Shown here: positions 47,897-61,469 of the stretch, piece by piece | Layout: every line of letters begins with the position of its first letter | How positions within the stretch are numbered: the stretch's first letter is position 1 | Assembly (NCBI GenBank): GCA_017499595.2 | Contig: CM039002.1 | Location: 3,038,001 to 3,102,000 of the forward strand | Direction of reading: 5' to 3' | Source of the DNA: Psilocybe cubensis | Lineage: Eukaryota | DNA length: 64,000 bases | Notes under the pieces: generated by a model | Database searches by the model: none | What the model was told of the DNA's origin: nothing | What the model saw: only the letters and a program-made list of their open reading frames with translations | Position numbers and translations under genes: made by a program

Positions 47897-49123
47897 ATGT
47901 TGCATCAGCTCAAATGGTCTGTTCTAGTGCTGGGATGTTGGTTAGTAGTGATTTTTCCAATCTTCTCGATTATCCGGTGTAGGTATGCTAAATAACATCA
48001 GCTTTTGGCAAATTTCTTGAATGCCGGGGTTTATGGGATCATCATTGTTCAGACTGGTTCGTTTTTCATGGCTTGTTGCAGCTTTCTCAGGGCTTGATAA
48101 GTTTTAAATGAAGTCCTTTACTATCTGGCTTTTAGGAAAACGGACAACATTTATCTAAGACTCGTCGCGTATGGTATATTTTCCCTGAGACAATCCAGAC
48201 AATCATGTTTGCACGAACGACATTTACTATCTTCGTTGACGGATTCCTGGACCCGTCATCTCCCGACAAAATCCATGATCTGTGGCTTACGGTCACACTG
48301 GAAGGTGGATTGGGCAAGTTGTTCATCTTTATTTTGACATAAGCTGACTCGGATGGACAGTCATTTTCGTAGTGCAGGTCTTCTATGCGCGTCGCATTGT
48401 GACTCTGGGAAATTTCTTCTCGCGATCCAAGGTCGCTGCTGGAGTGATTGTCGGGGTATGTTGCATTAACATGTCAACACCGGGGAATTGATGGTTCTGC
48501 ATACAGTTATCCTTCATTCAACTGGCTGCAACAATCATGCTGAGCGTAGGACTGGCGAGGATACGACAGTTCAGTCGGGACGGGGCAAAGAAAACGTCCC
48601 TTCCATTTCTAGTGAGGAGATGTACGACTTGTTGGATCGATAACTGAGCATTTATAGGTTTCAAATGTCGCTGGTGTGGCATGCGATGTAATGATTGCAT
48701 GTATCATGACCTACATTGTAAGTTTTCAACCAAGACAGAGCAACAAGTTTAACACATCAAAAAGCTCCTCCGCACCAGACCGGTCTTTAAGGAAACTCGT
48801 GTCCTCGTTTACAAGTTTATTCGCCTCGCGTTGGAGACAGGTGTTCTTACCGGTGAGCATGTCGCGACTCGTCAGGCTATATAAATTCATTGGCAATTAC
48901 AGCAACCGTGGCCATACTAAACATCATCCTCGTCGCCACACCGTTACCTGGCCATCCTCAGTACTACGAAATAACCTCCGGTTTGCTCTCAAAGCTGTAT
49001 GCAAGCGCGGCGCTTGTTGTGTTGAATTCCAGAATGGATCTGTCGGGAGCATCTAGTTGGAATGCTCCGAACCCAGATCGGAGTCGAGTGTTTTTCTCTC
49101 CGGCCTCTCAGCAAAGTGGATAG
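47897..49123 (+). pseudogene. Tandem paralogue 2 of the same membrane family, apparent frameshift
   Basis: Same exon pattern (FLNAGVYG, ACDVMIACIMTY, FIRLALETGVLT, LSKLYASAALVVLNSR); one base is missing between YGIFS and ETIQT at ~48185. Start uncertain. Confidence 0.65.
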
Positions 49124-50680
49124 GGAGCAGAGCATCTCATTTACGACCCGATTGCCTTTCCCCGGGCAGTCTGGCAGACTGTCCGGTGGACTCTGGGCAG
49201 CTTATGGGTATTTGTGACTATCTGTGACCCGGTCCTTGCTCATTCTGGACTTGGAGGGAGTTGTGCCTCCACACCAAGATGATATGAGTCTCTCTATTGG
49301 CTTAAGAGAAAAAGGTGTATATATTACAAGTTCATTAACTATTGAATTTTAGGCAATATCAGTACCACTGACAGACAGACAGACAAGATAATATAGAAAT
49401 CAATTTCTCAGGGTCCTCCCCTTAGAGGCGCTAATACAAAACAAAAAAATAGAAATCAATGAGACATGATCTTTTAACACTTCTATATTATTTTATCGAG
49501 CGAGACTTGTGGTACACAAATACTTCCTTACAGTCAGGACTTGTAACTGATTTAAGTATGAAGGTGTAGCAAGTGGTTACAACGGTCAGTTATAGCACAT
49601 GTTCAATGTCTTTCCTCGCAAAAGCATAATTTTACTTTAAAAAAACAACCTGAAAGGTTGGCTTGTAAATCAGTTCCACCTCCCACTTGAAGGGGGGTTG
49701 ATGAGGTGTTGGGAAGTGTCCATGGCCAGCGTGCTGTTTTTCCAGTAAACGAGATGCCCTCATAGGGAGAGCAGCACGTCGCTTATGAGATGCTATTTAT
49801 AGCCGGGCGCTTTCCAACTATGTTCGACATTTTCTGAATATCCTGCTCCAGATCAGAGGCAGAAGTCAAAAAGTAAGGTATAATTGGCCCGTCGTTCTCG
49901 GTAGAAGCAATACAGGAGGTTCAGAGGATGTAATAAAAGTGGCGCACAAAAGGCATGATGGACCATAGCTTCACCCACCTGATTTAATGCTTCTGCCGCA
50001 ACAGTCTAGGAAGACACTCTTGAGAGATAGAGCGGTGAACGTTCGCTCTTGCCATGCTTCTCAGAAGCTGACGGGGAGGTTCATCACTCTGTTTGGCGTT
50101 GAATGAATGGTAACAGATAGAATCCTTCGGAGCTAAACTCTGCTTGTTTACATTTACAAAGTTCCACAATGTAGTGCCTTTTATTTTGAACTCTTCAGTT
50201 GTTCTGAGATCTTTAATATTTGACTGCTGCAGCAACCTGCAACATCATTCCACAAGATGAGTCGACTCGGACCAAAACGCTTGGCTTCAATTTGTTACTC
50301 ATATTGATCTATACTACCACCAATACTTACCATTCTTATCCTTCTTGGCTTCTTGGACCCAATTCACAAAACTGGATCACAAACGTTCGAGCTTTGTATG
50401 CAATTGCATGACCCATCCTTGAGCCATCCGCCGATTTAACAGGGGCTTCTTCATCCATAAAAGGAAATATGCCAAGACGGCTAGACCCAGGCTTTTCTTT
50501 TTGGCAAATCCACTACTACGGCGAGGTCGTCTTTATTTCCCCGTTTTTACGTGCGTCGTTGAATGGCTGTTAAGCAATATACCTGAATACACCGATACAA
50601 GACTGGAGTCTATACCTCTTCTTCCTCTTTCTCGTCAGAATCTCGGCAGAAGTACAACTCTTGTACCCGCAGCATTCGTT

Positions 50681-53600
50681 ATGAAGTTCAGGTATGGGGT
50701 TTCCTAAGCATTTTGAAGTTTGCGAGGACACGTTGCTCATGGACATCTCAGTTCTTCGCTCAAGTTCAATGCGGTATCTGATTGGTGGGATGAATACATC
50801 GCGTATGTTGTCTTCTTATTGTTCAGACGAGCACATTCCGATACATTTTAATCACCTCAGGTACGACGCGCTGAAGAAATACATCTACCAGTTGGAGAAA
50901 CAACAAAGTGGAAGAGATCTTTCTCTTTCACGAGACTTGGAATCGAATGAACGAAGTGCACTTCTCAACGAAGCCGATGCAACGGAGACGGATGGAATGT
51001 TCATACCTCTACTCGACCGGGAGCTCCGGAAGATCGTTGCATTCTATGAGCAACAGTCGAAGGAACTTCTGGACGACCTCGAGGATCTGGAAAAGGATGT
51101 TATCTTGCAGGACGAGATAGGGCTCCAAGGAGGAGAGCACTACGATGATTACGAGGAGTACGACGAGGATGACAACGACAACGATAGTATATCAGCTTCG
51201 CGCAGTCCAGACGGCAGGCGGACCTCGACGTCTCGACCACGCAAATTGAGTGCTGCAGGAAGACTTCGGGTTCCCCAAGGTATGACTTCGCGTTTCTGTG
51301 AACTCGTTTTTATGCCTAACACGTCATAGCGGGACCGAGCGGTTCTCCAGAGATACAACGTCGACAAAGCTTGTCTTCATTTGAAGATATGGAGGATAGC
51401 TACCTGTCTTCCCGGCATGGGAAAGGACCGAAAGGCACAGTTGCCAAACTTGCCAACAAGCTTAAAGACAGTTTCGTGTCATCTTCCTCGACCACGGACC
51501 CTACCATCTGGACAGCTCGAACAGACTACGCCTACGATACCCGTTTGCTTTACAAACGACGCATCACCAATTTGTACATCTCTTTCACTAATCTCAAATC
51601 ATACGTCGAAGTCAACTATTCGGGCTTCCGTAAAATCATTAAAAAGTGCGCATATATCTACTGTGTGCCCTGACAACTCACGTATATTTTTTGTGTAGAT
51701 ATGACAAAGTCACTTTTTCAGAGCTGAAAGACCGATACCTGCATACCGTTGTTGAAATTTCCGAGCCGTTTACCCAAGCTTCAAAAGACAAGATCAATGA
51801 TGCCCTTAATCGCCTTCTCGAATTATATACCAAATGTGTTGCACGCGGCGACAAAGCGACTGCTCGCCAGCAATTGAGATTGCACCAGCGTGAAAACATC
51901 GCCTGGGAACGTGATACTGTGTGGAGACAAATGATAGGAAGGGAGAGGCGAGGTGAGGGTGCAGCGGATGATGCAGCTGGTGCAACCTTGTTGCATGAAC
52001 CAGAGAAAGCCATCGTGGATATTCCGACCCCTGTTGGAATGTTCAAAATTACGAAACGCAGGATTCTCAAGCTTTTGGCTGTCGCTGTTTTGGTTATCAT
52101 GCTGAATGTTCAAGTCGTCGATGGATTGGAAGCCAACAGGTGCTTGGCCATTCTCTCGTTTTGCACTGTACTCTGGGCAACAGAGGTACGCACGTCGCCC
52201 GCTTCTCATGTTTCGGAACTGAACAATTGTCATAGGCTATACCTCTTTTTGTTACTTCGATGTTTGTTCCACTTCTTTTGGTCTTACTTCGTGTTATCAG
52301 AGATGCAGATGGCGTTCAATTATCACCCCCTGAAGCTACGAAGTAAGTTCGATGATCGTTGTAAGGTTTTCATTATTGATTTTATTTCATCAGATATGTG
52401 TTTTCAATAATGTTTTCTCCTACAATTATGCTCCTCATCGGCGGATTCACCATTTCTTCGGCACTCAGCAAAACAAATATTGACCGTGTTTTGATCACAC
52501 GCGTTCTGAGTTTGGCTGGTACTCGTCCAAGTACGGTGTTGCTTACTTTCATGGGAGTCTCCTGCTTCGCAAGCATGTGGATAAGGTACGTCCTTTTTTC
52601 CGATCTAGCGTATTCCATTGAACCCAATTACAATGCCACGAAACTTACGATGTCGGATATTCTCACAGCAATGTCGCGGCCCCCACTCTCTGCTTTACCC
52701 TGATTCGAGTATGTTCTCCTCTTTTGACATCTTACCTCCTGACCATGCGTGCCGGGTGTTTTCAACTTGCAATATGCTCGTCGCTGATAATGCTCTCTTC
52801 AGCCTATTTTGCGGACTCTTCCGCCAAAGTCGGCTTTCGGCCCGTGTTTAATAGTAAGTCGGGATGCGCTATATCTGCCTTGATTTATTCAGGTGGCTCA
52901 CTCCCGTAATTTTTTATGTTTTCTTTGATAGCTTGCTATTGCATTGGCAGCCAACGTCGGCGGTCAGAGTTCACCCATTTCATCACCGCAAAATCTTATT
53001 GCCCTCGATGCCATGGACCCCAAGGTCGACTGGGCCACTTGGTTTGCTGTGGCTTTGCCAGTTTCTGCCGTGTCCATTCTCTTAATATGGTGGCTGCTTC
53101 TTGTGTCGTACAAGCCCGCTCGCTCGCCTGACGGCGATGGCTATATTGAGATCAAAGTCATTCGTCCAACCAGAGAACCTTTTACGTGGAAGCAGTACTG
53201 GGTCACGTTCGTGTGTCTGTTTACCATCGCCTTGTGGTGTGTAGCACACAAGATCGAAGAGCTGGTCGGTGACATGGGTGTCATTGCCATCATCCCTGTT
53301 GTCGCTTTTTTCTCAACGGGTGTATTGAAGAAGGTGGGTTTGGAGCTCGTGGTGATCTCCTTTCGTAATTCGTGGCTGACAATGCTCCGGTAATAGGACG
53401 ACTTCGACAATTTCATGTGGACCATTGTGTTCCTGGCAATGGGCGGTATCGCATTAGGCAAAGGAGTGATGTCGAGCGGCCTCCTCGAAATTATGGATGT
53501 CATTATTAGGGATCTTGTCGATGGATTGTCGCTATATAAGGTTGTTCTGATCTTATCTCCCATCGTATTGGTCAGTACACTCTGTGTTTGGACATAACAT

Positions 53601-54207
53601 GGGTTTCACCTGCTGACATTGGTTTTTTTCCGTTTTCTTTGTTACCCCTTTGAATTCTCCAGATCATCTCGACTTTCATCAGTCACACGATAGCCAGTGT
53701 TCTGCTCGTCCCCATCGCCAAAACAGTTGGCAAAAACTTGCCGGGAGATCAGAGCAATCTTCTTATATTTATCACTGGTCTCATCTGCTCAACCGGCATG
53801 GGGATGCCAGTCTCTGGATTCCCTAATCAGACAGCGTCAGTAAATTTTATCTGTATTCTTCTTGAAGCTCCGGGCCTCGGTCTCGTCGTATCTTCTGACA
53901 TTTATATTGTTTCTTTCACAATCTTCTGACATATGTTCTATACAGTGCTACCCAGGAAGACGAATTGGGTGACCTATATCTTACCAATGTAGACTTCTTG
54001 AAGAACGGCGTTCCCGCGAGTATAATCGCCACATTTGTAAGTCTCCATGTTCGTGATTTTTCTGCCCTCTCTGACACCCCTATGCCTTACCCGTCGGCAG
54101 GTTGTCTCATCCCTCGGTTTTGTACTAATGAAGATTGTTGGGTGAGTTGTTATCCACTTCTTTGTCACCATGGACGCCTAAACTGACGACCCCTCTCCAG
54201 ACTCTGA
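50681..54207 (+). CDS. SPX-domain low-affinity phosphate transporter (Pho87/Pho90/Pho91 family)
   Basis: MKFS|SSLKFNAVSDWWDEYIA|YDALKKYIY, LKSYVEVNYSGFRKIIKK|YDK (SPX), LWATE|AIPLFVT, ASMWI|SNVAAP, AANVGGQSSPISSPQN, GMGMPVSGFPNQTA, DFLKNGVPAS. Confidence 0.93.
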
Positions 54208-55748
54208 AATACTTATACCTTGCTTTATTTATCGTTGCTCACATCCTGGTAATTTTCAGTCTGGCTCCTTATTATAGACACTTTTTATGCTTTTTTTTGT
54301 CCCATGGCCTCTGAAATTTCAGAACTCCTTAACGGTCATATTTAAATATGGCTTCTTGTTGGTCTTGTTGTCTGAGAGAAAATGCTCGGTAAATCATTTC
54401 CGAACCAGGAATCTGGGGACATACGTCAGTCCTTTGAATTCTTTCCCTTTTCATATTCATCCTAGCGAAACGTACACACACGATCCCGTGCGCGCCACCG
54501 GCCCGCCTGATTTTTCATTCTATTATGTTGTGTCGATGCCATCTCCCTTTTTTCATTGACACGAATCTAGACGCCAGGTAGTGAGGCTATGGTCTTGACG
54601 TGCAAGATGTTTAGCAGCGTTTCGTGTGATAGTTCCACTGAATTCTTCGTGAATGGTGGGTAGATTGAAGTCGTTGGCCGTTCTTTCGCGCGATCGTCAC
54701 GGTTGCCAAAGATCAAAGGTCATGTGTATGAAAACATATGCAAGGAATACAATTTTCAAAGGAGGAGTTGCTGGCGATTTTGCTGTAGTACGCAGTTTAC
54801 TGCGGGATCGCCTTGCCTACGCGCTCGTTCTCGGATATTGGATAGAAGGGGACTTTATGAAATAACTTCTAGAATGACAGGGTTGGTGACCAAATTTTTT
54901 GTGTGGCATATATCATTGATCAGTGGATCCCAGCGACGGTTCTCATTTGAACCTCAGAAAAACCATTGTGAAATCTAATTTTGACAACATCAATTCGACG
55001 GGGACTCTGGGGTTTCGGCTCCGAAAATACGCCCTAAGAGACTTGGGAAATTTCGTTCGTGTATTCCCGAGACTCTCAAGAGTGTATTTTCATGCATCTC
55101 ATTGCTAAAAGAAGGGTAAGTTTGATATCATCTTTAATGTTCCAAGGAAGTGGTACAGCTCGATGTCGAGGAGGTAAAAATATTCTCCCGGCCCTATTTT
55201 CTTGCAGTATTCCTATTTTCGGCTGCAAGACTTTCACATTCGTTCCACGAAGTCAAACACAACATATGATTCGTCCTCATGGACAGTGGTGTTCGGTGTT
55301 CTCTTGACCTTTGGCTCTTATACTGATCAAGTGGGGCCTCCTCGCTTTAATTCCGCGGATACTACTTACAATTACCAAAGTGGTGTTTCAAAGATTGTAT
55401 CTCACCTGGAAATCCCTATGTCGTGTAGGATCAAATCACGATGGATAGGAAGGCGCAAAAATTGGATGGTAGAATAGTAGTAGGCAGATAGATTGATGAT
55501 GCCAGCAAATTATTCGCTACTTACATGTGCATGTGCTAATTAACAGGGTATGTGTCACAAGAGTATCAATACAAGATGAAAGATGAAAAAATAAAACACA
55601 AATGAGACAGACAGTTGAAGATCGAATGTAGCACAATATGATATATCAATAAGATATGATACGCATAATAAACAAAATAGACAAAATCAATGGGATGTCG
55701 AAACGGGCTCTGATAGGTGTTGGATACAGATCCCTTCCAACAAATGCA

Positions 55749-57781
55749 TCACCATGGGCGGTAGGGATGGTTCGAATCACCGTCACTCTGTGCTTCGTAG
55801 GAATTTCGGCGCACAGAAAAATTTTCTGATTCCGAAATCCTGCCATGGCCGTCTGTGTGTAAATGCGCAGGCGGCCACGGCTGTTGCCCAAGGCGCCCCG
55901 CAAATCCAGGAAAGGGCTTTCCGCGGATCATGCTGCCATTATATTGATTATGGGAAGATGCCCTGTCTTCATTTTCAGAGAGCGAACTTGGTGTATTGGG
56001 CGAAGTAGGCGAAGGGTTGGATGTAGAGTCGCCTTCATGCGACAGATCAGAATATACTCCCCGCGACTCTGCCTTACTGGCATAGTTAGAGGGATGGCCG
56101 TGACTACTGGCCGATGAATGCGTTCTGTATGGCGAATGGTCCTGGTAGGATCTTGGTGCTGTATACGGCTGGAAGCGCGGGGAAGTTTCTGCGGGTTTTC
56201 TATCAAGATATGAGCACTCTTCTACTTTAGACTAGTAATAAAAAACAGCAGACTTACGACGACATAGATGGGTGGACTGATAGTGAGTGGCGTCTAGCCC
56301 ATGCTTGGTCGTTGTCCGAGCGCCCGGCCTTTGGGTACTCGTCATCGTCCATTTTTAAGCGCCGTAAAACTGCGGCGGAATCATTAGTGACAGAGCCGCG
56401 TACGTCTTCCATCGCAGAGATTGGAGGAAGCGCGTAAGGAGAATCGCCTGGGTCGCTTCCTGCATGGCCATGTATAGGCGGTAGTTTAATGTCAACCTTT
56501 AATGAAGGTTCTGACGATCTTTCCCGCATCGAGAGGTTGCAGATGTCAAGCGACAAACCTGTCGACTTCGTAGGCGCCGAAAGCTTACGGTAAGAAGTAG
56601 GGGGATGGTGGTAAGAGTCGCCATATCGAGGGGAATGCATGGAGTCTGCTGTACTTTGGATAGGAGAGTATGGTCCATCAGATGGAGGGCCACGCATATG
56701 GGAGGAGTATGGCGAGGCCAAATGATATTCGTTTGACCGATGGTTAGCGGGGTGTAAAGGCAGTCCATCGTGAGGCGATGTAGGCATATTGTTATCCGGC
56801 GTCACTACCGTCCAACTTCCGCCAGCTCGGGGCATCTGCATCACAGAGTTTTGTGTTGATCTGCGGGTACGGCGTCTACCCTGACCTGTGGGCACAACCT
56901 GACCGTACCCTGGCTGGTCAGGCGACAAACATGTGCTTGGAAAAGTGGGGCTATTCGAGATAGTACTGGTCAGCGGCGGAATATTACTTAGCACCAGACA
57001 AGAGGCTCACCCAAAAAGTGGGATAAGATCGTCGCGAATAGCCCATGCTACCCTAAAATGGCAAGATAAGTGAGCACATTGCGACGTTGCGCATAAAGGG
57101 ATCTTTCAGAACCTTCTTGACAGTTTCAGAGCAACCTGATTGTAAACGTTAGTTTATCTCTGTGGCGTAATGGCAACCAAAAAGCGCTCTCACCTCATAC
57201 GGCATCCAGGTGCCTTGAATCTTCAGGTACCCTCCTCGCACCCGACGGATAAGAGGTGCGAGATCAGGTTGCGAGTCAATCATTTTTACGATGTCAGCTA
57301 AGAGATTTAATTAAGAGGTCTGCTTCACAACAAGCGAAAGTGGAGCAAGCGTACCTTTAGAATTTCCAAGAGCTATCGAAAGCGAAGAAAGGAGTCAATA
57401 ATTTGCATCTAATGGCAAACACGAGCAAAAGATACTCACCCTTCCAGATTCCCGTCCACAAGATATATCCATCATCGATATCCATCATTATCCACTGGCC
57501 ATTAAGAGGGTATTCGTATACGGGACTAGGCAGATAATTAGGCCAGATTATAAAAGTATAAAAGTCAAAAACGACGCACATATAGCCTCTGGAGTCATTG
57601 CTAGTGATGTAGCGCCCTTTTGTAACATGATGGTTTGGACTGGCATACGGTCGGAAACGAGGACCTGAACCTGAAGGCGAGGTCTGGACAGGCTCCTATG
57701 AGCAACTGATTAGCGCTCAGGTTCATCATGCAGAACGATAAGGAGCAGAGGGGCGCTTACTTGCAACATGCCAGTGGTCAT
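55749..57781 (-). CDS. APSES (KilA-N) domain transcription factor, Xbp1-like
   Basis: PVYEYPLNGQWIMMDIDDGYILWTGIWK|ALGNSK|ADIVKMIDSQPDLAPLIRRVRGGYLKIQGTWMPYE..IRDDLIPLFG; Pro/Ser-rich C-terminal half ending HPYRPW. Confidence 0.88.
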
Positions 57782-59251
57782 TTTAGAAACGGAAAAACGA
57801 GAAAGGAATATGGGCGGGTAGGGGGACGGGTTATATGTAGGAACGCCTGGTGAGATCTGCAGGGATCCAAGAAAAAGGCGGGATGGATCAGTTGATCGTT
57901 TGTCACCGAAGAATGCTCGAGTCCGGGATATCTACTCGTGGCATCATGCACCAAATCTGCTGCAGAAATTGAAAAGCAGGCAAAGTCTGACGGCATTTTC
58001 GGTCTGTCTCCGACGGCGACATTTCATCCTTCTCCAAAGTGAAGCGAACCTAATCTGGGCGAACCACGCGTAAATATGTCACCAGAAAATGCTGAACATG
58101 GAAGGAATATCGGTTCCAAGATTGTTATGATGCGGCCATGGTCGGCAAGATTCAAAGATAGAACCGTAAAGGGGAAAAGGAAACCCACACAGATCAAATC
58201 TGTTATAATTTTGGCGGGGTGCCGTACATTTGATTTCGTCCCTGTTGTTGCAGTGATTGACCAACTGGGTTTGTTGTATCATAGAACGGCCCCCGTATGG
58301 ATGACTTTCGTCGACGTCCATAGCGACACAACTCCTTTATTACACGCACTTGAACTTTTACGGCTCCCTTGCTTCCGTTGGAAAAATGTCTTGCAGGATC
58401 GTTGCAAGAGGCGTCATAACAGCCTCTATGGGCATCCCCTGACCAGACGGGGTGCCATTCCGCAGAACGCGCTTAGCCAAATTGCATTCACCCGCTTCGG
58501 CACAACAGAATAAGCCTATAGGTTATGGCTCGATGTCAGACCCTGAAGAAGGAAGCAAAAAAAGGAGAAAAAACAAACAGCGTCATGATGCCGTGCTTTC
58601 GTTATCTGCCCAGTACCAGGTTCTCGAGTGTCGTCGAACTCCAAGCCAATTGTTCCGAGGGCTTCATGTGGTGTTAATCACCTGTGACAAAGTGCGGTAT
58701 GGATCGTCCCTCCCAAAGCCAGGAGAGTTGGTGAGCTCTGAAGGGGCTATTTCCCCAATGTCGGCCTTGTCCAACCTTGGCGTCTCGTTTGTTTTTTTTC
58801 CCACCTCATCCGTCTATATGATTTCGATCATGACGATTTCGGGGTCGTACCTGAAAACACTGACCTCGATCACGAACGGGTCACGAGCTGGCTCGCTTCT
58901 AAACTGAGCCTGAGAACAAGTCCGAGCACTCGCGCGAACCGAACTGACTTTTCCACCTTGACGACAGAACGGCCCGCCCTTATCGCATTTCGGGACCGAG
59001 AGAAAAAGCAGGCATTCTATGTATAACCTGCCATACAACATAAAAAACACACACTTTGTCGTGATTCATGAAAAGCTCGTATACGTACGTGTAACGTGCA
59101 CGTCAATACTTTGTCCAAATTGAAAGCGAAAAGGATAGAAGCAGGGGGAAAAAACTAAAATGAAACATGACGAATGATAGAAGGGAAGGAAATGTAAATG
59201 TAAATCGTTTTAGGGGCTGCAAACAACGGAAGCGCGCTCGCTTTTTGGTTT

Positions 59252-60904
59252 CTAAAGCCCATGGCCTTCGGCAGCAAAGGCAGCAAGAGCAGCGCGTACC
59301 TCAGCGGAGCCGGAGCTTCCTGTGGTGTAGATCACGTTGCTAACCTCGAAGCCGTTAAATTGGCTGGCAGCGCAGACAGTATAGGCACCCATATTGTCAA
59401 AGCCCAACCAATCACCGACCTGGAGCGAGCTTGGAAGCACGGTCGACGCGGACACGCAATCAATAGAGTCGCATGTGGGTCCCCATACGCTGCTGACGTG
59501 CTTGGGCTCCGAATCAGAGATATGGAACGATCCGTTCATCGACAGCACATAAGGGTGCACCACTTGATGATCGAACAGGATGCAGTTGAACGCGCCGTAT
59601 ACGCCATCATTGATATAGTCTATTGAAAGCAGAAAGGTCCACAAAAATGAAAAGAAGTTGAGCGTTCGTCAAAGGATGGCGGCCTACCGCAAAGACAAAA
59701 AATAAATGAACACTCACACATGACAGCTGGCTGATCGGACGTCGTATCTGCGGTTTCCTGGGAAGTCTCCTTCGAGAGAGGAGCACGACGAGCGATGATA
59801 TGAGCGGCAAGTCTGAAAGCCTTGGATACGTAGAACCTTCCCGGTTCCGCGATGATTTTGATGTCCTTGCGATCGGGGAAATAACGGTCGATCGCCTGGG
59901 TTAAAACCGACGCGGCATGCTCAAAGCGTGCGTCTTCAAAACCACCGCCCACGTCGAGTAAAGTGAATGTGTATCCTGCTTCTTTTCCCATATCAAATAC
60001 GGCACGGGCGCGCATGATCGCATCCATATATACAGAAGGATCGTAGCACCCGCTGCCCACATGAAAGCTGACACCAACCACGTCAAGGTTCAACTCTTTA
60101 GCCTTGGCCAGCAGACCTGGGACAGTTACAAGCGGAGCCCCGAATTTTATACCAAAAGCACAAAGGCTCTTTGAATCGTCTGTCAGAATTCTGACGATGC
60201 ATTGGGCACGGGGGTGGGCCCGTGCTATTTTGTAAAGTTCGTCGGCGTTGTCGAATGTCATTTTGTCGACGCCGCGTTTCGCCGCATTGCGAATGAAGGA
60301 AACCGCTTTGCACGGGTTCGCGAATATAATCCTGGATGGATCGATACCTCCAACATCGAGAATTTGTGCAATCTCGTTGTTCGAAGCGCAATCGAACCCA
60401 GCGCCCAAAGAAGCGAGTAGGCGTATGACGTAGGGGTCCGGGTTGCATTTGACCGCTGCAGAAAAAAAACAACCGTAATCAGCTTGTGAAACAAACCATA
60501 AACATATGAACGCGCTTCAACGGACCATAGAACGGTTGGATTTCTGGGAGACACGCCTTCCAGCGTTGATGTTGTTCATAAACAACACTGAGATCTCCAA
60601 CGAAAAATGCCTTTTCGGCATCCGGTTCATGGGCCGCCGAGAGGCGAGAAGCATTCATAATGCCATTACGGAGGTGAATTTCTGGGTGGCCGGAGTGAAG
60701 TGGGGGTAAAGATGGGAAAATGACTTCTGGTTCGTGAGATGGGTCAGGGGTCACGCGCAAGGTAGAAGAAGGGGTATGTGCGTCGTTAACCAACGCATTT
60801 GCAGTCCACGGAAGGCTACTTTCATGGAATTGCGCATAGGAATCAGATGACGATATAGAAAAGTCGATCGGATTGACTGCCGGGAGAATTTCTAGCTGCG
60901 ACAT
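59252..60904 (-). CDS. SPE1: Ornithine decarboxylase
   Basis: PLP-lysine motif FY|AVKCNPD across intron 60456-60525, GFDCAS, IIFANPCK, KFGA, GVSFHVGSG, LDVGGGF, IIAEPGRF, YINDGVYG, WGPTCDSID, NMGAYT..FNGF. First ATG at 60904 (MSQLEIL). Confidence 0.96.
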
Positions 60905-61273
60905 TGAAATTTCGGGGATATCGAGAGAATCTAAAGGATCTATTGTGGCTGGGAAATGAGCAACTGGTGGTTCCAGTAGGGTAAGAGGTTTTGGTTGGTT
61001 TTGGTAGGTGATAGTTGGCAAATCTCTGTAGTCTGCTTCTTGCGTTGACCCGGATTACCGAACCTAAACCGCCACGGTCAACGGCGAGCCGGGCGGGAGA
61101 GGACGGCAAAGGATGCGGGTTTTGTCAGTCGATGCGGGTTCCTCGCTCCCTGTACAGCGAGGAAATGGCTTTAAGGGCGAATAAAGGGGGTTCAAGTAGA
61201 AATAAAATAGGGTTTAGGGCGATTGTTGAGCGAATGATAACGAATAAACAGCGATCGATGGGTGTAAGTCCTG

Positions 61274-61469
61274 TCAGGGAGGTTCGCCTATACCACAGCG
61301 GGTGTCAGCACAGGAAACTGAATACAAAAAAGACTTTACGGACCTCGAACAGAAGACCACCTGGTTGTATCAAGACAAAGTCAGAAGGTTGAAAATTTCG
61401 GTCTTTGATGATTCGGACGCACTCAAGGGTCAACAAACGGAGATCTCTGTTTCTTTCTTGGTCAGTAAT
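61274..61469 (-). promoter_or_regulatory. Predicted spliced non-AUG upstream ORF (uCC) in the ODC mRNA leader
   Basis: ATT at 61469-61467 with A at -3; introns 61361-61422 (gtgcgt..ctgac..cag) and 61288-61343 (gtccgt..ctgac..tag); spliced peptide ITDQERNRDLRLLTLEWSSVRGEPP-stop. Confidence 0.65.

Noticed and set aside
49600-50400. Minus-strand stretch reading like a decayed coding sequence with scattered stops
   Set aside because: No family recognisable by eye; needs blastx before any call.
60905-61021. TTG start for ODC given by the ORF track
   Set aside because: Eukaryotic gene; the first ATG at 60904 is the default start, and the extension is noted only as a possibility.
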